Of a stretch of DNA of 64,000 nucleotides, positions 19,519 to 29,184 are shown piece by piece. The stretch covers positions 12-64,011 of the forward strand of contig JAHZKG010000056.1 in the NCBI GenBank assembly GCA_022600515.1. Direction: 5' to 3'. The position numbers and the translations under genes were made by a program. Source of the stretch: Gammaproteobacteria bacterium. GTDB taxonomy: Bacteria > Pseudomonadota > Gammaproteobacteria > Legionellales > Legionellaceae. Position 1 is the first letter of the stretch. Each line of letters opens with the position of its first letter. The notes under the pieces were generated by a model that worked only from the letters and a program-made list of their open reading frames with translations, made no database searches and was not told the DNA's origin.

Positions 19519-21267
19519 TCAGCCTCTATCCAATTGAAAACGTGCCTCAGCCAAACGATATAATGGCCGCCAAAGCACTTGATTAAAAATTAAAACATAA
19601 ACACACATCATTGCTGTTCCTAGCGCAATGTGCTGGAAATTACCTGCCACGATACTCGCCTGAATATATTCACCAAGCCCTGTAGCACGAAGTACTGTGC
19701 CGTCCCAACTTACCCATTCAGCTACAATACTCGCATTCCAAGCCCCGCCTGCGGCTGTAATCGCGCCTGTAATATAAAACGGAAAGATAGCTGGCAAAAC
19801 CAGTCGGCGCCACCATTGCATTCCACGCACCCCAAAATTCGCCGCAGCCAAACTCAAATCTCTCGGAATCATTGAGGCCCCAGCAATTACATTAAATAAA
19901 ATATACCACTGTGTCCCTAAAATCATGAGCGGCGTTACCCAAATTTGAACATTCAAATGAAAGCGCACAATCGCAATCACAAACAAGGGATAAAATAAAT
20001 TCGCAGGAAAAGCCGCCGCAAGCTGAATCAACGGCTGTATTTTTTGAACCCATCGGGGTCTAAGACCAATCCAAACACCAAGGGGGATCCAAATTAACGA
20101 ACTCAATATAATCAAAATAATCACGCGTAGCGCAGTTGCCATGCCTAATAAAGCGACATGTTGTACATCATAAAGCTTAATGCTTGGAGAAATAAATTCA
20201 AATAATTCATACCCCGCTAAAAGCCCCCCCCCCCAGACCAGGCCATTCCAAAGCCAATCTACAGCTACCCGTGACTTAGGCATCTCATCTCGTGAAACCG
20301 CAAATAATTTCTCCCGAGAAAACCAATTTAAACTAATAATTACATCTTTAAACCATGTCATTCCAATCGTGACATAATCTATCAAGCGGCTTTTACGTAG
20401 CCAATCAAGACACCATGACTGATAAGGCTCATCATCAGGGGCTGCATCTAATTTAAATTTTTCAGACCAAGCAATCAGTGGCCTAAATAGAATTTGGTCA
20501 TATAACAAAATCACAACAACCATGGTTAAAATCGCATAGCCAATGGCATTTAAATTTCCCTGTTCAATCGCAAGGGCAATATACGACCCAACACCGGGCA
20601 AGCGAATATTTTGATGTGAAACAGAAAATGCCTCCGATAACACCACAAAAAACCAACTCGCCGACATGGACATCATCATGTTCCATAAAAGCCCTGAAAG
20701 CGAGCAGGGGACCTCAATCTTCCAGAAGCGCTGCCAAGCCGACAGTTGCAGCATAGAAGCCACTTCATGAAAATCTGACGGCACGGTTTTAAGCGACTGA
20801 TAAAAGCTTAACGTAATATTCCAGACTTGCGCCGTAAAAATTGCAAAAATAGAGGCGCACTCAGGTCCGAGCAGGCTGCCTGGAAACAAATGAATAAATC
20901 CTGTCACCGTAATCGCTAAGAAACTCAAGATAGGTACGGATTGCAATACATCAATAATAGGAATAATAACGCGCTCAGCTCGCTTATTTTTTGCGGCCAA
21001 TGTTCCAATAAAGAGCGTAAACAGCAATGAAAATCCAAGCGCTATGAACATACGCAATACTGTTCTGAGTGCATAAAAAGGCAAGGCTTCTGGCGCCAAT
21101 GAAATCGGCAGAGACTGACCCAACGCATACGGCGTTGCCATTTGCTGTCCTGCACGCGCCAAGAAAAACATGCAAAAAATCACGATCACAAGCAAGAGCA
21201 AATCCCAGCCATTCAACAACCGGCTGATTGGATCACGATTAATGCTGTAAACGCGACGTTTGCCCAT
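19519..21267 (-). CDS. ABC transporter permease, duplicated (two fused permease modules)
   Basis: 582 aa, highly hydrophobic. It has two EAA-type loops (EVASMLQLSAWQRFWKIEVP and LAAANFGVRGMQWWRRLVLP). The stop is 1 nt from the ATPase start. Confidence 0.85.
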   Translation of the reverse strand: MGKRRVYSINRDPISRLLNGWDLLLLVIVIFCMFFLARAGQQMATPYALGQSLPISLAPEALPFYALRTVLRMFIALGFSLLFTLFIGTLAAKNKRAERVIIPIIDVLQSVPILSFLAITVTGFIHLFPGSLLGPECASIFAIFTAQVWNITLSFYQSLKTVPSDFHEVASMLQLSAWQRFWKIEVPCSLSGLLWNMMMSMSASWFFVVLSEAFSVSHQNIRLPGVGSYIALAIEQGNLNAIGYAILTMVVVILLYDQILFRPLIAWSEKFKLDAAPDDEPYQSWCLDWLRKSRLIDYVTIGMTWFKDVIISLNWFSREKLFAVSRDEMPKSRVAVDWLWNGLVWGGGLLAGYELFEFISPSIKLYDVQHVALLGMATALRVIILIILSSLIWIPLGVWIGLRPRWVQKIQPLIQLAAAFPANLFYPLFVIAIVRFHLNVQIWVTPLMILGTQWYILFNVIAGASMIPRDLSLAAANFGVRGMQWWRRLVLPAIFPFYITGAITAAGGAWNASIVAEWVSWDGTVLRATGLGEYIQASIVAGNFQHIALGTAMMCVYVLIFNQVLWRPLYRLAEARFQLDRG

Positions 21268-21459
21268 AGGACAACCCCTTTTGGAAAAAATAAAACAACC
21301 GTTTGGTTCAGATTGAAGACAACAGTCTGATTTTACCGTGCTTTCACGTCAGGATAAAGCCACTCCAGTGAATTAAGATTAAGCACACGCAGTTTTTTGC
21401 TAAATTCATAACCAGAAATACACTTATTTTATAACCTAAAATTAAAAGGGTGCTTTATC

Positions 21460-22194
21460 ATGCCATATTCAGATAATGCAGACGAGCAATTAGAAGCCAT
21501 CAGGAATCGCGCCAAAGCACGTCCCATGGACTCCCCTCTACGTGAGGTAAAAGATAATTTGGTAAAGGACTATCGAGAGGTCATGGAAATGTCGGACTCA
21601 TCCGATGAATATAAAGCAGAAATGACAGAAGGGCTAACAGAAGTAAGTGAGCAAATTAATGACTTAATTACAAAAGAAAATTATGCCAAAGAGCTTGCTG
21701 AGACAGCAAATAAAATTAAAAAGGGCCCTTATCTAAAAGATAGTCTTAAAGCAGAACGACATCTAGACGAGCTCCACCGTGATTTAGACGAAGCAAAAGA
21801 GAAACTGGATAAAGCTCAAAGGCTTGGCGATACTGAAGCTGTCGCGCAAATTAGTGCTATTATCAGCAGCCTTGAAGAGATGCAATCTGAAACAACAGAA
21901 AACATAAAGAAACTCCAAAGTCTGAACCAACAGTTTGAAACACTTACGGCAAACATTGAACAGGTTGGAGACGCGATGGAGTACGCCTCTCAGTCAGACA
22001 CTGTCAAGACCATTCCGGGCTCCAATGACCAGATACGCGCTCAATTTGAAAACCGTTTACTGAGTGACAAAGATCAGCTAAACACACTTGAACTTAAAGT
22101 AAATGGCCTGCTTTCTTCTGTAGAAAATGCCTTCAAAAGCATTGTGTCTGGCATCGCTTCTATCGCTGAAAGCATAGATAAATCAATAGCTTAA
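21460..22194 (+). CDS. Hypothetical acidic coiled-coil protein
   Basis: 244-aa ORF with an AAGGG SD. It is Glu/Asp/Lys-rich and helical, with no motif I recognise. Confidence 0.6.
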   Translation: MPYSDNADEQLEAIRNRAKARPMDSPLREVKDNLVKDYREVMEMSDSSDEYKAEMTEGLTEVSEQINDLITKENYAKELAETANKIKKGPYLKDSLKAERHLDELHRDLDEAKEKLDKAQRLGDTEAVAQISAIISSLEEMQSETTENIKKLQSLNQQFETLTANIEQVGDAMEYASQSDTVKTIPGSNDQIRAQFENRLLSDKDQLNTLELKVNGLLSSVENAFKSIVSGIASIAESIDKSIA

Positions 22195-22356
22195 CGCCTT
22201 AATCTGAAAGAAGCATTTAATGCTATTGTCCCCAAACCACCTACAGAAACGATAACGGCAAATCCTAGCTAAACAATATCTTGCCTATAGAGCCTATCTC
22301 AGTATAATCAAAAGTCCTTATTTAAAATTAATAATAATATATAAATAGGACGCCTT

Positions 22357-23427
22357 ATGCTTAAAACAACCCCACTCCATACGACACATATTGCGCTGAA
22401 CGCCAAAATGGTCGATTTTCATGGCTGGGAGATGCCACTTCACTATGGGTCACAATTAAAAGAACACGAAGCGGTGCGAACAGATGCCGGTATGTTTGAT
22501 GTGTCACACATGACAGTACTTGATGTATTAGGCGCTGGTGGTCGGCAGTTCTTAAGAAAATTATTAACCAATGATATAGACCGATTGAAGCATGTCGGAC
22601 GCGCACTCTATACTTGTCTTTGCAACGAACACGGTAAAATACTCGATGACTTAATCGTTTATCAGCGCACACCGGATAATTATCGCCTGATTTCAAATTC
22701 GGCTACGCGTGAACACGTGCTTCCGTGGATTCACGAAAAAAGCACAGGCTTTTCTGTTGGCCTTCAAGAACGCACTGAACTTGCCATGCTTGCCGTGCAA
22801 GGCCCGAATAGCATAAAAAAAACATTGGGTGCGCTGGGTCCGGCTGAAGCCGATGCCGCCTCAACACTTGCGCCATTTGAATGCGTTGATGTGGGTGATT
22901 ATTTCTTTGCTCGTACCGGCTACACCGGTGAAAATGGCCTAGAAATTATTTTACCTCAAAATAAAATTGAGTCACTCTGGCATGACCTACAAAGCCAAGA
23001 AGTCACCCCCTGCGGCCTTGCCGCGCGTGATACATTACGCCTTGAAGCCGGCTTTTTATTGTATGGTCAAGATATGGATGAGACCACAACCCCTCTTAAT
23101 TCTGGGCTCGCATGGACGGTGCAATGGGAGCCGCATGACCGCGCTTTTATTGGTATGGAGGCGCTCAACGCGCAAAAGCAGCGCGGCATTAAGCACAAGT
23201 TAGTTGGGCTAGCGCTTAACGAGCCCGGCATCATGCGACCAGGACAGGCTGTTTTTGTCGATGATAAAGCCGTCGGCATGATTACCAGTGGTACGTATTC
23301 TCCAACCCTGAAGCATTCGATTGCTATTGCACGCGTCCTAATCGAAGTCGAAGACCAAGCCACGGTTGAAATACGGGGTAAATATCTTCCTGTGTCCGTG
23401 GGAAAAACGCGTTTTTTAAAATCTTAA
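22357..23427 (+). CDS. gcvT: Glycine cleavage system T protein (aminomethyltransferase)
   Basis: TPLHTTHIALNAKMVDFHGWEMPLHYGSQLKEHEAVRTDAGMFDVSHM. Confidence 0.95.
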   Translation: MLKTTPLHTTHIALNAKMVDFHGWEMPLHYGSQLKEHEAVRTDAGMFDVSHMTVLDVLGAGGRQFLRKLLTNDIDRLKHVGRALYTCLCNEHGKILDDLIVYQRTPDNYRLISNSATREHVLPWIHEKSTGFSVGLQERTELAMLAVQGPNSIKKTLGALGPAEADAASTLAPFECVDVGDYFFARTGYTGENGLEIILPQNKIESLWHDLQSQEVTPCGLAARDTLRLEAGFLLYGQDMDETTTPLNSGLAWTVQWEPHDRAFIGMEALNAQKQRGIKHKLVGLALNEPGIMRPGQAVFVDDKAVGMITSGTYSPTLKHSIAIARVLIEVEDQATVEIRGKYLPVSVGKTRFLKS

Positions 23428-23461
23428 AATTTTTTAAAATCTTAACATAGGCGTATATATC

Positions 23462-23830
23462 ATGAAATTTACAGAAACCCACGAATGGATAAACACAGAC
23501 GAAAATCCGCGAACCATAGGCATAACCCAGCACGCTCAAGCCTTATTGGGTGATTTAGTATTTATTGAATTACCTGAAGAAGGACAAACCGTCAAAGCGG
23601 GCGATCAGCTCGGGGTTCTTGAATCGGTTAAAGCCGCCTCTGATTTTTATGCCCCTGTGAGTGGTACGATTATTGCAGTCAACCACCACGCCAAAGAAGA
23701 TCCGGCGCTTGTGAACCGGGATGCAGAAGGGGATGGCTGGCTTTTAAAAATTGAACCACACAATCCAAACGAATTATCCGAATTACTTGATGAACTGCAA
23801 TATAAAAATATTATCGAAGAGGAAGATTAA
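23462..23830 (+). CDS. gcvH: Glycine cleavage system H protein
   Basis: 122 aa with the lipoyl-lysine context LESVKAASDFYAPVSG. Confidence 0.95.
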   Translation: MKFTETHEWINTDENPRTIGITQHAQALLGDLVFIELPEEGQTVKAGDQLGVLESVKAASDFYAPVSGTIIAVNHHAKEDPALVNRDAEGDGWLLKIEPHNPNELSELLDELQYKNIIEEED

Positions 23831-23833
23831 TAC

Positions 23834-25204
23834 ATGCCTTATATCCCTCATACAACAAAAGATGTCAGCAGTATGCTGAAATCCATTGATGCACCCAATA
23901 TTGAGGCTTTATTTGATGAGATTGCCCCGGGATTAAGGCAAGCACCATTTCAGCATCTTCCTGATGGGCTCAATGAAATGGCCCTACTACAGCATGCTAA
24001 CGCTCTAGCCGCTCAAAATACAAAAAGCACTTGTTTCATCGGTGCGGGCAGCTACGAGCATCATATTCCAGCCGCTGTTTGGGACATTGCCTCCCGGGGT
24101 GAATTTTTAACCGCTTATACGCCGTACCAAGCCGAGGCCAGTCAAGGCACACTACAGCTTCTCTATGAATTTCAAACCATGATAGCTGAATTGACCGGCA
24201 TGGACGTTGCAAATGCCTCACTCTATGACGGTGCAACAGCACTGGCAGAAGCGATATTAATGGCGCTGCGTCTCAATAAAAAAAAGAGCCCTCACCACGT
24301 GCTTGTTCCAGAAACATTACATCCCTTGTATCGCGAAACCCTTGACACCATATTACAACATCAAGATATTATATTAATAACACTTCCGATGGATCCAGCA
24401 CTTGGAACAACCGCAGTTCAATCGCTTGAAGCCTACAAAAACACCCCCATAACCGCTTTAATTATTCCCCAGCCTAATTTTTTTGGTCAATTAGAACCAG
24501 TCGATGCACTCACCGACTGGGCAAACGCACATCAAGTCACCTCAATCGCATGCGTCAACCCCATATCGCTCGGGCTGTTAAAGCCACCTGGATCTTGGGG
24601 TCGCGACGGTGTTGATATTGTCTGTGGCGAAGGCCAACCGCTTGGTGCGCCCATGGCGGGTGGCGGCCCATATGTCGGCTTGCTTAGCACGCGAAAAAAA
24701 TATGTCCGTCAAATGCCTGGTCGCCTGGTTGGACGCACCTCTGATATGGCTGGCCAAACCGGCTATACATTAACGCTTCAAGCACGCGAACAACATATTC
24801 GTCGAGAAAAAGCCACCTCTAATATTTGTACAAACCAAGGCCTGCTGGTCACCGTAGCAACGATTTATATGAGCCTTTTAGGCCCCAAAGGCCTTGAACA
24901 CGTTGCGCTTCAATCTCACCAAAACACACGCTTACTCATCGATAAACTCACAGAAATTCCCTCTGTTTCTCGTGTTTTTACCGCCGCTTTTTTTCATGAA
25001 GCGCTGATTCAATTACCAGGGCCTGTCGCGCCTATTTTAAAAAAATTACAGGCCCAAGGCATCAGTGCGGGCTATGCACCTGAGTTACATTATCCCAAAT
25101 ACTCTAATACCCTTTTGGTCTGTGCTACGGAATGCCGGACTTCAGCTGAAATAGAGCACTTTACAGACACCTTAAGTACTATTCTCATGGAGGGTCAATC
25201 ATGA
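23834..25204 (+). CDS. gcvPA: Glycine dehydrogenase (decarboxylating) subunit 1
   Basis: [16 protein letters not shown]...[16 protein letters not shown]. Split-type P protein. Confidence 0.94.
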   Translation: MPYIPHTTKDVSSMLKSIDAPNIEALFDEIAPGLRQAPFQHLPDGLNEMALLQHANALAAQNTKSTCFIGAGSYEHHIPAAVWDIASRGEFLTAYTPYQAEASQGTLQLLYEFQTMIAELTGMDVANASLYDGATALAEAILMALRLNKKKSPHHVLVPETLHPLYRETLDTILQHQDIILITLPMDPALGTTAVQSLEAYKNTPITALIIPQPNFFGQLEPVDALTDWANAHQVTSIACVNPISLGLLKPPGSWGRDGVDIVCGEGQPLGAPMAGGGPYVGLLSTRKKYVRQMPGRLVGRTSDMAGQTGYTLTLQAREQHIRREKATSNICTNQGLLVTVATIYMSLLGPKGLEHVALQSHQNTRLLIDKLTEIPSVSRVFTAAFFHEALIQLPGPVAPILKKLQAQGISAGYAPELHYPKYSNTLLVCATECRTSAEIEHFTDTLSTILMEGQS

Positions 25205-26664
25205 GCACTATTATTTTTGAACAGTCTACCGAAGGTCGAAGCGCACATGCACAAATAGCCCGCCCTTCAGCGCCCGATTGCGATATTCCCACAAGCCTAC
25301 TCCGGCAAACACCCCCTCGCTTACCTGAATGCTCAGAGCTTCAAGTTGTGCGACATTTTACACGGTTGTCACAAAAAAACTTCAGTATCGATACCAACTT
25401 TTATCCATTAGGCTCTTGTACCATGAAGTATAATCCGCGTGGTGTACACGCGGCTGCATCACAAACCGCTTTTCTTGACGCACATCCGCTTGCAACATCT
25501 ACAGCAAATCAAGGAACGCTAAGTGCTTTATACCATCTTCAAACCTACCTTACTGAGATTACAGGCATGGCTGCCGTGTCTCTTACGCCCATGGCAGGCG
25601 CACAAGGTGAGTTTGCAGGGGTTGCCATGATAAAAGCCTATCATGAGGCCAATGGTGACTTTCAGCGAACAGAAATGCTAACGCCTGATGCCGCGCATGG
25701 CACGAACCCTGCCTCGGCCATGACGTGTGAGTTTAAAATCATTGAAATCCCAACCGCTAAAGATGGCGACATTGATCTCGATGTACTGCGTCAACGCGTA
25801 GGCAACAAAACCGCTGGCATCATGCTCACGAACCCATCTACGCTGGGATTATTCATGAAGAAAATTAAAGAAATAGCCACCATTGTACACGAGGCCGGGG
25901 GCTTACTTTATTATGACGGCGCTAATTTAAACGCCATCTTAGGGCAAGTAAGGCCGGGAGATATGGGGTTTGATGTCATGCATCTTAATTTACATAAAAC
26001 ATTTGCAACACCCCATGGTGGCGGGGGACCTGGCTCAGGCCCTGTTGCTGTTAACGCGCGTCTTCGCCCTTTTTTACCCCTGCCTTTCATAATAAAAGAC
26101 GCGCAACAATATCGTCTTGCAACATCCGCTGACTGCCCTAGCAGCATTGGTCGACTCTCTACATTTATCGGCAATACAGGTATTTTATTACGTGCTTATT
26201 TTTATATTTGCGTCTTAGGAAAACAAGGTCTTACGCGAGTTTCTGAATATGCAACACTCAATGCAAATTATCTCCTGGCTGAGCTTACTCGCATTGGATT
26301 TACGGCGGCATATCCCAAACGACGTGCAAGCCACGAATTTATTATAACGCTTGCACCAGAAAAAAAAGAGTATCATATCCAAGCCATGGACCTTGCCAAA
26401 CGTCTTCTAGATTACGGGTTTCATGCACCAACCACGTATTTTCCTCTGCTTATTCCCGAATGCCTGCTGATAGAACCAACTGAAACCGAATGCAAACAAA
26501 TATTGGATACTTTTGTTGCAGCCATGCAATCTATTTTAGAAGAAATAAAATCCACCCCCAATCTTCTTAAAACAGCGCCGCATACATGCCCTATCAAGCG
26601 GCTCAATGAACTTCAAGCCGCAAAAGCAATGGATTTTAACTATTTCGATACAAATTCATCATAG
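25201..26664 (+). CDS. gcvPB: Glycine dehydrogenase (decarboxylating) subunit 2
   Basis: [11 protein letters not shown] and the PLP-lysine context [22 protein letters not shown] overlap with gcvPA. Confidence 0.94.
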   Translation: MSTIIFEQSTEGRSAHAQIARPSAPDCDIPTSLLRQTPPRLPECSELQVVRHFTRLSQKNFSIDTNFYPLGSCTMKYNPRGVHAAASQTAFLDAHPLATSTANQGTLSALYHLQTYLTEITGMAAVSLTPMAGAQGEFAGVAMIKAYHEANGDFQRTEMLTPDAAHGTNPASAMTCEFKIIEIPTAKDGDIDLDVLRQRVGNKTAGIMLTNPSTLGLFMKKIKEIATIVHEAGGLLYYDGANLNAILGQVRPGDMGFDVMHLNLHKTFATPHGGGGPGSGPVAVNARLRPFLPLPFIIKDAQQYRLATSADCPSSIGRLSTFIGNTGILLRAYFYICVLGKQGLTRVSEYATLNANYLLAELTRIGFTAAYPKRRASHEFIITLAPEKKEYHIQAMDLAKRLLDYGFHAPTTYFPLLIPECLLIEPTETECKQILDTFVAAMQSILEEIKSTPNLLKTAPHTCPIKRLNELQAAKAMDFNYFDTNSS

Positions 26665-26755
26665 CTATCAGTTAAAAAATAAGTTATAACAAGAGGGTTT
26701 CCGCTGTCATGGATTGACGCTGTCAAACTATCTGAGCAAAGCAAGGAGCCATCAG

Positions 26756-27019
26756 ATGAACAGTAAAGTGTTTTCACAACGCTTTAATCGGGAGTTGTCG
26801 ATGTTGGGATTCCCAGACGACTTGAATGAAAAAATTAAAGCCATTTCGAAAGTATTTGGGGTCACTCGGCATCTTGCAAATGCCATGATTTTTGGCCAAA
26901 TACTGCCTCCGACAAGTAAACTTGATAAAATTGCCCAAACCCTTGAAGTCTGTCCTCAATGGCTTGGAGGCGCAACAAACCGCCGGAAAGCTTATCCAGA
27001 GCGTGAAACAGCGCCCTAA
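26756..27019 (+). CDS. Small HTH (XRE/Cro-like) DNA-binding protein
   Basis: 87 aa from ATG 26756, with an AAGGAG SD 7 nt upstream; the track's TTG at 26714 is less likely. The helix-turn-helix-like segment is ISKVFGVTRHLANAMIFGQILP...KIAQTLEVCPQWL. Confidence 0.55.
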   Translation: MNSKVFSQRFNRELSMLGFPDDLNEKIKAISKVFGVTRHLANAMIFGQILPPTSKLDKIAQTLEVCPQWLGGATNRRKAYPERETAP

Positions 27020-27025
27020 AAAGCC

Positions 27026-27892
27026 ATGATTACACTCACGCACCAGCTAACGCTGGCTCAGTTAAATGCGCTACAGGAATTACTCCAGATCTGTCAAACA
27101 ACAGACAAGTGCGTAATTCCTGCTCATGCGCATCTATTAGAAACCTACCGCGCAGGGCCCCCATCACTTTTATATTATCAGGACCGTCGGCTTGTTGGCA
27201 TGCTCGCACTGTTTCATTTTTATCCTGACGCCGCCGAAATTGCTTTACTCATTCATCCTGCTTATCGACAACAAGGCTTTGCTCAATCACTCTGGGACAT
27301 CATGTGTCAAGTCGTACAAGAACGCCTTTCTTCGCTAAAATATCTCATTGTTTCAACGCCTCAAGGATTAAATCACACCTGGTTTAGTCAGCATGCGTTT
27401 CAGTTTAAACAAACCGACTATGACATGAATTGCACGCCTTACACGCCCAAACTCACGAGTGCATTCAATTGCACGATTCAACCGGCAAGCCATGCTGATA
27501 TTCAGGCATTATATGAGATAGACCGCGCTTGCTTTAACCCCAAGCGCCCCGATGCTATGCAGCGTCTTGAGCGGCTGCTCTCAACAAGCAATATTAAAAT
27601 ATTCTTAATGTATTACCAAGAGCAGTGCATAGGACAAGCACATTTGGTATTCGAAAAAAATGATGTATTAATCACTGATTTTGCTGTATTGCCTCATGTG
27701 CAACACCGTGGTTTCGGACAAATATTACTTGCCTACTGTTTACAATACACACACGAGCATCATCAAAAAACAATCAGCTTAACGGTCAGATCAACAAACG
27801 AACATGCACTTCAACTCTATCAAAATATGGGCTTTCAGATCTATAATGCAGTGGATTATTATAAACGGGCCTTTTCCCTTGACAAATTTTAA
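27026..27892 (+). CDS. Tandem (double) GNAT N-acetyltransferase
   Basis: Two GNAT motif-A sites (HPAYRQQGFAQSLW and PHVQHRGFGQILL), with a RimI-like C-terminal domain. Confidence 0.72.
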   Translation: MITLTHQLTLAQLNALQELLQICQTTDKCVIPAHAHLLETYRAGPPSLLYYQDRRLVGMLALFHFYPDAAEIALLIHPAYRQQGFAQSLWDIMCQVVQERLSSLKYLIVSTPQGLNHTWFSQHAFQFKQTDYDMNCTPYTPKLTSAFNCTIQPASHADIQALYEIDRACFNPKRPDAMQRLERLLSTSNIKIFLMYYQEQCIGQAHLVFEKNDVLITDFAVLPHVQHRGFGQILLAYCLQYTHEHHQKTISLTVRSTNEHALQLYQNMGFQIYNAVDYYKRAFSLDKF

Positions 27893-27960
27893 ACAAGCCC
27901 TTTAATATTGCGTATTAAAATCACGGATTAATCATTGCTATCGAGACACGAGGACAGGGC

Positions 27961-29184
27961 ATGAAAAAAAGAGTTGTCATCACGGGTATGGATATTACTT
28001 CCTCCATTGGAAACGGACTCGAAGCATTTTGGAGTGCCGCCTCAGAAGGCAAATGTGGTATTAAGCGCATTCAATCATACGACCCATCAGCATACACCAC
28101 ACAAATTGCAGGCGAAATCACTGATTTTTGCTTGAAGCACTTACCTCACTTTGATAAACAGCGTCGCTTTCCTCGTGCCGCACAATATGCCCTATACTGT
28201 ACTCATCATGCACTTGAGCATGCCGGTTTAACCGCTGAAGAAAGGCAGGGGGCAGGGACTTACATCGGAACAAGCCTTGGTGGTGGCCCCGAGCTTGAGG
28301 CGGCTTACAAAACATTTTATTCCGAAGGCTGGCGTAAAATCCCTGCACTAACCGTTGTTCGCGGCATGCCCAATTCGGTTGCAAATCATGTCGGGATTGC
28401 TTTTGGCTTAGGCGGTCCAAATTCAACCACATCAAATGCTTGTGTCTCATCCGCTGAAGCCATTGGTAATGCGTATCAACAAATATCAAGCGGCAGATTA
28501 TCTCTGGCTGTTTGCGGCGGAACCGAGTCTTTGGTTTGGGAGACCATCATGGCCGCATGGTGCAAATTACGCGTCATGTCGACCCAAAACGAGAGCCCAG
28601 AAAAAGCAAGTCGCCCATTCGATAAAAATCGTACCGGTATGGTCATGGCTGATGGCGCGGGGATTTTAATTTTAGAAGATCTTGAGCATGCACAAGCACG
28701 TGGCGCCACAATACACGCCGAAATTATTGGCTTCGGCGCAAGTTGTGATGCACATCACATCACAGCACCTACAACACAAGGCCAAGCACGCGCCATTCAA
28801 ATCGCATTAGACGACGCACGCTTATCGCCCAGCGACATTCAATATATTAATGCCCATGGCACAGGGACGATTCTAAACGATGCCACTGAAACAGAAACTA
28901 TCAAAACAGTCTTTGGCCAGCACGCTTTCGATATTCCGATTACAGCCCAAAAAGCAATGACGGGACACACAATTGGCGCTGCAGGTGCAATGGAAATTAT
29001 TGCAACCGTTTTAAGCCTCAAGCATGAGCGCTTACTTCCTACGATTAATTTAGAAACGCCGGACCCTGCATGCGACTTAAATTACATTCCAAATACAGCG
29101 AAAGATCAGCGCGTTGATCTCGCCCTGTCAAATCACTTCGCTTTTGGTGGTGCTAATGCAGCGCTTATTCTTCGCCGATTTTAG
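27961..29184 (+). CDS. Beta-ketoacyl-ACP synthase, KAS I/II type (FabF-like paralog)
   Basis: Intact Cys-His-His triad contexts SNACVSS, CDAHHITAP and INAHGTGT, with a C-terminal NHFAFGGANAALIL. No acpP/fabG/fabD neighbours. Confidence 0.88.
   Translation: MKKRVVITGMDITSSIGNGLEAFWSAASEGKCGIKRIQSYDPSAYTTQIAGEITDFCLKHLPHFDKQRRFPRAAQYALYCTHHALEHAGLTAEERQGAGTYIGTSLGGGPELEAAYKTFYSEGWRKIPALTVVRGMPNSVANHVGIAFGLGGPNSTTSNACVSSAEAIGNAYQQISSGRLSLAVCGGTESLVWETIMAAWCKLRVMSTQNESPEKASRPFDKNRTGMVMADGAGILILEDLEHAQARGATIHAEIIGFGASCDAHHITAPTTQGQARAIQIALDDARLSPSDIQYINAHGTGTILNDATETETIKTVFGQHAFDIPITAQKAMTGHTIGAAGAMEIIATVLSLKHERLLPTINLETPDPACDLNYIPNTAKDQRVDLALSNHFAFGGANAALILRRF

Noticed and set aside
21268-21459. 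PmrA-type tandem boxes (TTAATATT-N2-TTAATATT) upstream of the three orphan ORFs. Examples are GAATTAAGATTAAGC at about 21370-21385, TTTAATTAAAAT at about 38893-38904 (upstream of 38991) and TTAAATAATTAATTTC at about 56237-56252 (upstream of 56316).
   Set aside because: TTAAT-like strings are expected by chance in AT-rich spacers, and none shows the 11-bp tandem spacing relative to a -10 element. This is not usable as evidence of Dot/Icm co-regulation.
22195-22356. Looked for a glycine riboswitch upstream of gcvT, since the gcv operon is a classic riboswitch target.
   Set aside because: The 162-nt spacer is AT-rich and lacks the conserved GGAGAG…CACCG…/ACCGAAGGGGCAA-type cores. Only a TATAAT-like promoter element is visible.
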